The notes under the pieces were generated by a model. The model saw only the letters and a list, made by a program, of their open reading frames with translations, was not told the origin of the DNA and searched no databases. Positions 9,601 to 16,164 of a stretch of DNA of 16,164 nt are shown here, one piece after another (the first letter of the stretch is position 1; the number at the start of each line of letters is the position of its first letter). The stretch spans positions 1 through 16,164 of the forward strand of contig JBJCIZ010001376.1 in the NCBI GenBank assembly GCA_051294375.1. The letters run 5' to 3'. The translations under genes and the position numbers were made by a program. This DNA is from Paraspadella gotoi. Lineage: Eukaryota; Animalia; Chaetognatha.

Positions 9601-10876
9601 TAACCCTGCCGCATTCAGACTAATGAAAATTTTTGAGGAGGAATGCTTTAGACCCACCTCATTCATTCGCTGGACTGATCAGTGCGCAGCACAATTCCGG
9701 TCTCAATATACAACACAAAACTTATTCCAAATCCGTGAAAAAGTTTCGCCGCACCTAGAGAACGTTATATTCAATTATTTCGAAAGCCATGAAGGAAAGA
9801 ATTTTTCCGATACAATTGGTGGTTTGGCCAAGCAGTCCTACGAACGAAGCATAAATCGCGGCTCAACCTTTAATGATGGCCTTGGAAATGAAGATGAAAC
9901 GGCCGATCAAGGACTTATAATCGCAGAGCAAGTAAAAGCGCGTATTCTCTCTGGACTTTCCTTTAATGGTGGACAACTTGGGGATTTTTCATTCTTCCGG
10001 TAAACAATACCTAAAAAAGAAAGTTTATTTATAAAAATACAATTTCATTTTCTTTATTAAGGATCGAGATTGTACCACCGTTTGAACGCGCGCCAAATCC
10101 CAAGGGTATTCAGATAAAAGGAATTTCTAAAATTCATTGTATCCGACTTCATGGTAAAAGTATCTTGCCAAAAAAATTCCCGTGCTTTAATTGCACTGTT
10201 TCAAAAATCTGTAGCGGATGTGAAACCGCCGATATCGCCTATTCTAAAGATGTGGATGAAGTTGCCGATAACTGTGCTGACCTTTCTCTCCCACCTACTT
10301 TTGAAGAAGATGATGGAGATAACACAGATAATGATAGCGATGGAGAAAATGACATTGGACTAGTTGAAGATGAAAAACAATTCGAGGAACAAGATGAGGA
10401 TATGGAAGTTGGCTCAATCTTGTGGGCACCCTTTAGGTTCAAACCAATAATGATATTTTTTTTTGCTTCTTATACTTTTTTTTATCCTTTGATTCTCTTT
10501 TTTCTTTATTTTTGTATCATCTTTTTTTTTCCTTTATATTTCAATTTTAATCATTTTTTTATTATTTTTTTTTATAATTTTTTGTATAATAATATTTGTT
10601 AAGAATAATTTATTAATATGCAGTGGTCGTCGTTACTTTCCTGCCAAAGTTGTTTCGCTCTTTGAGATCCCGGCTCGTCATCGACCTTATTTTACAAGGG
10701 TTTCGGATGACCGTATTCTTGTCAGTTGGATTACAGAAAATACTTTCTCAGCCGTTCGAAAATGTTGCTGTTTTCCTTTGGGAGTCACCGACCGCGACAA
10801 TATTTTTGCAGCAAAATCTCTGGAGATGAAAATTCGATACAGAGAGGCTCTAAAACTTTTAAGCAATTTGGATTGA
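5803..10876 (+). CDS. Spliced gene, join(5803..6635,6754..7124,8213..8420,8496..9125,9619..9999,10062..10436,10624..10876), ~1016 aa: Sola2-like DDD transposase with C-terminal PWWP-like domain
   Basis: Six GT-AG introns join the ORF-track fragments with phase preserved at every junction (3051 nt including TGA at 10874-10876). Motifs follow the Sola2-type order: CPIHANF, C-x4-C-x2-C (SCSTGNCKQC), FEDYQRNF (D1, 8908), TTDLHHD, WTDQCAAQFRS (D2, 9677), YFESHEGKNFSDTIGGLAK (D3, 9809), IKGISKIHCI, CFNC..CSGC, then VGSILWAPFSGRRYFPAKVV (PWWP-like). Confidence 0.85.
6754..7124 (+). CDS. Exon 2: includes an HTH-like segment (DISIIAQKVGISRGFAKKI)
   Basis: Pyrimidine tract plus TAG acceptor at 6751-6753 keeps frame into the 6791 ORF; donor CAG|GTGGTA at 7125 (alternative GTAATA at 7128, same phase 1). 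Confidence 0.8.
7200..7497 (+). repeat. ~300-nt polypyrimidine (T/C) low-complexity tract in intron 2
   Basis: Almost entirely T and C (TTTC/TTCT iterations). Confidence 0.95.
7542..7734 (+). mobile_element. Helentron/HINE-like non-autonomous element, internally deleted copy in intron 2
   Basis: TTAGCCGGATCTGCTT end, CATGTCAGAAC block and GTCCGTCCGTCC (7645-7656) match the reverse complement of 15970-16150. The tail matches the ~160-bp repeat unit. Confidence 0.7.
7877..8002. repeat. (CT)n (~7877-7896) and (AAC)n (~7982-8002) microsatellites
   Basis: Direct reading. Confidence 0.9.
8213..8420 (+). CDS. Exon 3 (GYETISVSRG...NACPIHANFR)
   Basis: TTTTCAAG| acceptor, phase 1 matching exon 2; donor CG|GTATAA at 8421. 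Confidence 0.8.
8496..9125 (+). CDS. Exon 4: Cys cluster and first catalytic Asp (FEDYQRNF)
   Basis: TACAG| acceptor (NAGNAG, CAG-TAG), in frame with ORF 8557-9129; donor AG|GTAAAA at 9126. Confidence 0.85.
9168..9578. other. GC-richer, highly self-complementary insert in intron 4 (candidate solo LTR, SINE/MITE or structured ncRNA)
   Basis: Sharp composition change relative to the AT-rich intron ends; termini TGTGTCA...TGCCACA form an imperfect inverted repeat; multiple helices listed in findings. Confidence 0.5.
9619..9999 (+). CDS. Exon 5: second and third catalytic Asp (WTDQCAAQF; SHEGKNFSDTIGG)
   Basis: TTCAG| acceptor in frame with ORF 9584-10003; donor CG|GTAAAC at 10000. Confidence 0.88.
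10062..10436 (+). CDS. Exon 6: IKGISKIHCI motif, CxxC-x5-CxxC, acidic linker, start of PWWP-like domain
   Basis: Pyrimidine tract plus AAG acceptor at 10059-10061; open frame continuous with ORF 10165; donor AG|GTTCAA at 10437. Confidence 0.82.
10624..10876 (+). CDS. Exon 7: PWWP-like domain body (SGRRYFPAKVV...ILVSWITENTFSAV...RYREALKLL*)
   Basis: TGCAG| acceptor at 10621-10623. The phase-2 frame (absent from the ORF track) stays open for about 83 codons to TGA and completes a W-A-x(5)-YFPAKV motif across the junction. Confidence 0.8.
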
Positions 10877-11179
10877 TTGCTACCCATGAAATCTAGGCAA
10901 AAATGCTGTACAAGTATTAGTACTTCTTTCACATATAATCGGTTTAAAAAAAAAAAATCATTTATTCAAAAGAAAAGAAAAAGTTTTAGTTTTAGCGGCC
11001 AAAACAATTCCGATCGCTACGATATTGTCTAATTAAGCGTGGGTGTAATCAATTTAATTCAGCTTATTCAAAAAGATAAAAATATAAAAATTTCTTAATA
11101 TGTGATATATATCGGATCATTAACAAATTGCTACCAATATTCAACAACAGTGGCAGCAAATTACAAATATATACAAATA

Positions 11180-11249
11180 ATTTTTTTAACTTGCTAACCA
11201 AAATTTTTTTTTTAACTCATATAATACACTTTCTTATTTTTTCAATTTG

Positions 11250-11283
<34 letters not shown>

Positions 11284-11884
11284 TTGCAATCTTTTTTTCA
11301 TACTGGCATTATTTTTTTTTACTTAATCGAATAATTAATTAATCAATCAATTAAAACATTCTATGATAAACTATAAATATTAAAAAATTCAAAGTCAACT
11401 TGATTTTGTTTTTTTTTTTATCCAAAGTAAACCCATTTCCACTGCTTCATTCCATCTAAACTTTATATCTGCTAGTCACCCCACACTTTCCTTACATACC
11501 ACAAAATTTTTATTTCAATTATGATTAATCCAGAGTAACTTATGGCGTTAAAATTGTTTTAAAAAAAGATTTTAGTTAAATGTGACTTATGGTTTTTACA
11601 TATTAACTCTTTCTCAACTCGCAGAAATTTCCATTAAAATTTATATCCAACTCAACCACGCACTATCCTACCTACAACACAAAAATTTTTCAAAATAGTA
11701 ATTTGAGTTTTTGTATGGGGGTTGATGGACATCGGTTTTTTTTTTAATAATTTATCATTAATTCGATTTTCTTGACATGATTCAACTGAATGATCCGACC
11801 AAGTTTAAGGGGTTTGGACAGAGACGACAACAAAGTGATTAAGAGAGTCGGAATCTGCTGAAAAGCAGATCTGACTAAAAAAAA
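11180..11884 (-). mobile_element. Helentron/HINE-like element (long copy)
   Basis: Terminal hairpin AGTCGGAATCTGC-TGAAAA-GCAGATCTGACT plus A-run (11846-11884), two ~170-bp internal repeat units (~11420 and ~11595), and a degenerate TTGCA minisatellite. Colinear with 15110-16150. Left boundary approximate. Confidence 0.7.
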
Positions 11885-12224
11885 ACCAAACTATGGGTAA
11901 AACTATTGCTTAATATTTGTTATGCCCTGTTAGGCATCGACTACTGCTGCCTGATTCATTTCAACTGGGGCGGTCGGGAGCGTGTTATCTGTCGTTTTAC
12001 AGTGAATGGCATATATATCGTAAGATTATTTTTTCCATATCCTCGTTATATTTCAATTATTTTTCAGCCTGCCCCGATGTTTAACTTAAAATAGCAAACT
12101 TTTGAACCAAAAAAAGGTGTACAGTACTTTTCTGCATAGCCATAACTAAAAAAAGATGAAAAAAAAACTTTATTTTCGAAATAAAACAATGCAATCACCA
12201 AGAATAGTAAAAAACTAAATTTAA

Positions 12225-12390
12225 TTTTTTAGTCAGATCTGCTTATCAGCAGAATTTCGACTGTTATATTCATTTTGTTCATTCATCCGGTCCCCCTCCC
12301 AAAAAATCTTGTCGGTAATCATAACGAAGGAAGATCGAATTATTGACAAAAAAAATTATCTGTGGTCTGCTCTCCAACTGTCGTCCATTT
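12225..12390 (+). mobile_element. Helentron/HINE-like element, terminal fragment
   Basis: TTTTTTAGTCAGATCTGCTTATCAGCAGAATTTCGACT is the inverted counterpart of 11846-11880. Similarity decays by about 12390. Confidence 0.68.
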
Positions 12391-14496
12391 CCCCTTAATG
12401 AAAAACATTTTGGCGCGCCATTTGTTTTGGTTTGGTACAATCTTTTATATCGTGGAGGATCACAAATTAAAAAAAATTATATGATTTATTCATCTGAATA
12501 CCTACATTAGCTTAATTAGTAAGCAGAGTCCAACATTGTTGCTTAAACTATTTAATCATTTTCACTTGAATAGCAATTGTTTTGCTGTAACAATTGTTTG
12601 AGCTTATAAAAAAATGAAGAAAGCTAGTGAAAAAAACTTTAATTGTATATTCTGAAACATTCTGATTTTTTTTAATTGAACAAGTTTCAAGTAATACTTT
12701 CACTAAAAATGTGATTTACTTTTGCCTAATGTGTATTCGGAAGGCCAAATTTAGGATTCGCCACAAATTGATTTTAATACACATTTTTAGGAAATAAAAA
12801 CAATTTAATAGTGTTAGATTGATTTTCATATCAATGTCAATGTTTATTTTTTAATGAGTTGGACTTACGTACATGTATTCACTCTCCGAACGGTGTGAAC
12901 AGAAGCGCAAAAACTAATATTTATCGTTTTCATTTTCTCTTGCAAAGCCCTGAAAGAAATAATTGTTCTAAAAGATTAAAAATTTGAAGATATTTTTTTA
13001 GAAAAAAATTTTTATTCAATAACAAAAATCAAGTTATGTTAAATATTGATTCTCACCATCGACAACAATGATCTACAGCAGCTATCATACCTCAAATACT
13101 CTATAGTCTAAAACCATTGGTTTCAATGGTGAATGCACCCATCCCAGATTGCGTTACTTTCATCCACAGTCGCAAACGACTCCCTCTGCATTGGAAAGTG
13201 AAGATCCATCCTAAGGGTAACTGCCCGTGACAGGAGGACCGTCCCTAAAAGCCAACATAATGCCCCATCTCAATGCGGCAAACAACAGGCAAACCCGGCG
13301 CACGGTGAATCAAGACCTCAGAGAAAAATCCCTGGATGTAACCATGTCATATTAAACAATATTTATTAAAATCCCAATCCTATTGGTCTCAGACGGTCAA
13401 AACGAAAACAAATGTAAAAAAATTATTATCCTTGTTCTTTTTGCGTAATTAACCTATCTTTTCCTATTTTGAGATGAACCGACCAAGTTTAATCCCTATC
13501 CATCCTATCACTAACATAAGGAAAAATTTTGTCGTTATTTATATATTCGATTAAAGATTATTATCATTTCTCTTATTAAAATAAGCTATAAATTGTTTAG
13601 ATTCACATCAAATTAATTTAAAAGCAAGCAATTTTATAAAAAAATTGCCTTAAAAATTTGTTTTCCTAAATTTAACCCATTTGGACTTTTTTGTCTTTGA
13701 GCAGGGTCGTTTAGGGATGTTTATTCAGACCAGATATATTTATTATATTTAAACAACTAGGATTAGTTTTGAGAGTCTTGTATCAATTTCCATTTTCTTC
13801 CGATTTTGTTTTTACATAAGAGAAATGATTTTTTCCGATTGAGCATTCTTCAAAAGAGAAAAATTCAATATGATAATAAGACACGATGCAAAGTTAACGG
13901 AAACGTATGCCGGCGGAGAGTCTATGCCAGAAATTAAAAAATAATTCTAGGTGACTATTAAATCTTTGCTTTGAATAAGTTTGTCTGAAACATCATGTTT
14001 TTTAGAAAGTACGAAAAATATTAATGCCGAAAGATCTTTTTGGCCGATTATGGAAGACTATGACTAAATACGGGATAAGAGACAAAAAAAAAATAAAATA
14101 CCATTTTTTTCAATTTAATTTTTTGTTTAATACGAGAGAGAAAAAATTACGGTGCGGACTTCTCATGCTGTAATTTGTCCGGCCTACCATTCAAATTAAG
14201 TAGGCGAAAATTTTTTTTAAATAGTATGCTTAATTCTTTAAAAATAATAAAAAATATAATAGTTTATTTTTTAAAAAATTGATACTCTTAAAACCAAAAA
14301 TTTATTATCTACTAGTGTTCATAATTTCAGTAGTTTGACTCCAGTCTATTTACCAGCTGTATAAAAGAAACCATTTAGAAATATTTAATTTTAATTTTAA
14401 TATTTTTCCTCAATCAGTCAATAGAAATGTTTTTCTTATCCCTGAGAAGTAAATTTATTTTGTTAATTCTAAATAACATGACAGAAAAATTTATTA

Positions 14497-14741
14497 CATT
14501 TATGTGTGAATGAAAGGAAATAAAGGTTTGGGGCAAAACGCAATGAACATACGTTTAATTAATATTAAAAAATCAATTCACCGTGAAAAACAACCAAATA
14601 AGAATCATTTGCATCCAATCCAAATTGTTTTAAAAAATTTTTAGAGCCCTCTGTATCATTTATGTATGAATGAAGGAAATAAAGGCTTGGGGACAAAATG
14701 AAATAGTTAATTAATATTAAATATCAATTCATTGTAAAAAC
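14497..14741. repeat. Tandem duplication of an ~85-95-bp block with 160-bp period
   Basis: CATTTATGT(G/A)TGAATGAA(A)GGAAATAAAGG(T/C)TTGGGG starts at 14497 and at 14657. Confidence 0.85.
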
Positions 14742-14781
14742 AGAGTTGATTGCAGCAAATACATTTGTCGATCGCCTACCG

Positions 14782-15052
14782 ATAATTAATTAATTAATTA
14801 ATTTAATAAGTTATTTAATTTAATTAATATAATTAATTATTAATTAATTATTAATTAATTATTAATTATAATTATATTATTATAATTATTTAATAAAATT
14901 TATTAATAAATAAATTATTATTAATTTATTAGATTAATTAATTTTTAATTTGAACTAATTAATTAATAATATTAATTGATAATAAAATAGATTATTATTA
15001 ATTTATTAATTAATATAATTTTAATTACATTAATTAATTATATTTTATTTTA
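14782..15052. repeat. Nearly pure A/T tract rich in TTAA/TAAT iterations
   Basis: About 270 nt with only a handful of G/C. Confidence 0.92.
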
Positions 15053-15109
15053 TGTCTCGTTTCTCTCTCTCTCTCTTTCTCTCTCTCTCCTCTCTCTTTT
15101 TTTTTATGC

Positions 15110-16150
15110 AATTGCGCACGTTGCTTTTAAGATTTTTTTTAACTATGCATCATTTTCTCAACTTGCATCAGTTTTTTCATTTTGCATCATTTTTTCAAAT
15201 TATGCATCATTTTGTTCAATTGGTGCCATCATTTTTTTTCAATTGGGCGATCATTTTTATTTACACTTGCAATCATTTGCTATTCAACTGTGCATCATTT
15301 TTCAATTGCATCATTTTTTTCAACTGCTAATTCTTTTTAATATGCATCTATTTGTTCACATTAATAATTAATTAATATACATTAATTAATTAATTAATTG
15401 AATTTTAAAACATTTATTCAGTAAATCTTAAATAATAAAGATTCAAGCTAACTGTGACTGTTTTTTTCCATATTAACTTCATTTCCACTGGCACAATTCC
15501 GTCAAAACTTTATATCTAGCTGATTAATGAATTATTAATTAAATTAATTGGACCTAATTGATTAATTAACTGATTTAATTATTTGATTTATTAATACATC
15601 CTTGCATATACATTTAATATAAAAGGAAAAAGAAGCATAATCAATTAGTGAAACAGGCTTTTGTTTTTTTCCATTTAAACTCATTTCCACTCCAAACGAT
15701 TCCATCGAAACTTGATTTCCGGTTCATCACACGCACTTTCCTACCACATATAAAATTCCAGGGCCAATCGCCCCATCCATCTAATGAGCAATTGAGTTTC
15801 AAATAGTGAATTATAATCTTTTTTGTTTTTTTCCATTTAAACCAATTTCACTCGCCCGATTCCCTCGAAACTTCATATACATCTCAAATCATACACTTCC
15901 TACCCGCCACACAAAATTCATTCCAATCCATACCATGCAATCACGAGTAATTGGTGTTTTTGCTGAGGTGGGACGGACGGACGGTAATGGACGGACGGAC
16001 ATCAATTTTTTTGCATAATTTATCATTAATTACGATGGTTCTGACATGATATAAGGTTAGTGCCCGACAATTTGTAGGGGCTGGACCGCGACGGACGCGA
16101 CAAATGAATTATAGAGTCGGGATCTGCTGATAAAGCAGATCCGACTAAAA
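15110..16150 (-). mobile_element. Helentron/HINE-like element (longest copy)
   Basis: Hairpin AGTCGGGATCTGC-TGATAAA-GCAGATCCGACT-AAAA (16115-16150), (GGAC)n at 15971-16000, three internal repeat units (~15455, ~15660, ~15822) and a TGCATC minisatellite. The architecture matches DINE-1/HINE/pearl-type elements. Left boundary approximate. Confidence 0.72.
15140..15358. repeat. ~19-22-bp minisatellite, consensus AA(C/T)TGCATCATTTTTTC, about 11 degenerate units
   Basis: Recurrent TGCATCATTTT cores; a more degenerate version is at 11185-11325. Confidence 0.8.
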
Positions 16151-16164
16151 CCAATTAAGAATTG

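Noticed and set aside
9168-9610. Telomerase RNA, SRP RNA or tRNA identity for the intron-4 island
   Set aside because: No correctly placed template, P6.1 loop, SRP helix-8 motif or cloverleaf/A-B boxes recognised.
10623-10829. 68-aa ORF MVVVTFLPK
   Set aside because: Wrong frame; the phase-matched frame starting at 10625 gives the PWWP-like exon.
6063-10932. Minus-strand and alternate-frame ORFs overlapping the transposase exons
   Set aside because: Shadows of the real coding frame with no motifs.
12408-12420. E2F-like palindrome TTTTGGCGCGCCA
   Set aside because: Single short motif at the edge of a repeat with no linked gene start.
13070-13350. GC-richer patch that might be an exon
   Set aside because: The frames I read on both strands are interrupted by stops and show no recognisable motif; probably a decayed repeat.
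15140-15358. CRISPR-like array
   Set aside because: Contiguous degenerate units without unique spacers, eukaryotic context and no cas genes.
11128-16018. Short ORFs at 11128, 11906, 15052 and 15806
   Set aside because: Lie in low-complexity, repeat-derived or inter-repeat sequence with no coding signature.

Overview
AT-rich eukaryotic (probably metazoan) genomic DNA. The main feature is a 7-exon, + strand gene (5803-10876). Joined through six GT-AG introns it gives an uninterrupted ~1016-aa ORF that the ORF track splits into fragments. The protein carries Sola2-type DDD transposase motifs (DYQRNF, WTDQCAAQF, HEGKNFSDTIGG), Cys/His clusters, an N-terminal AT-hook-like and HTH-like region, an acidic linker and a C-terminal PWWP-like chromatin-reader domain. 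I found no terminal inverted repeats around it by eye. Intron 4 holds a ~410-nt GC-richer, TG...CA-bounded insert with many potential helices. The flanks contain a TRIM-like mini LTR element with PPT and TSD (2733-3477), four copies of a Helentron/HINE-like non-autonomous element with a terminal hairpin, GTCC microsatellite and ~160-bp internal repeats, and low-complexity tracts. All family assignments come from motif recognition by eye; no searches were run.
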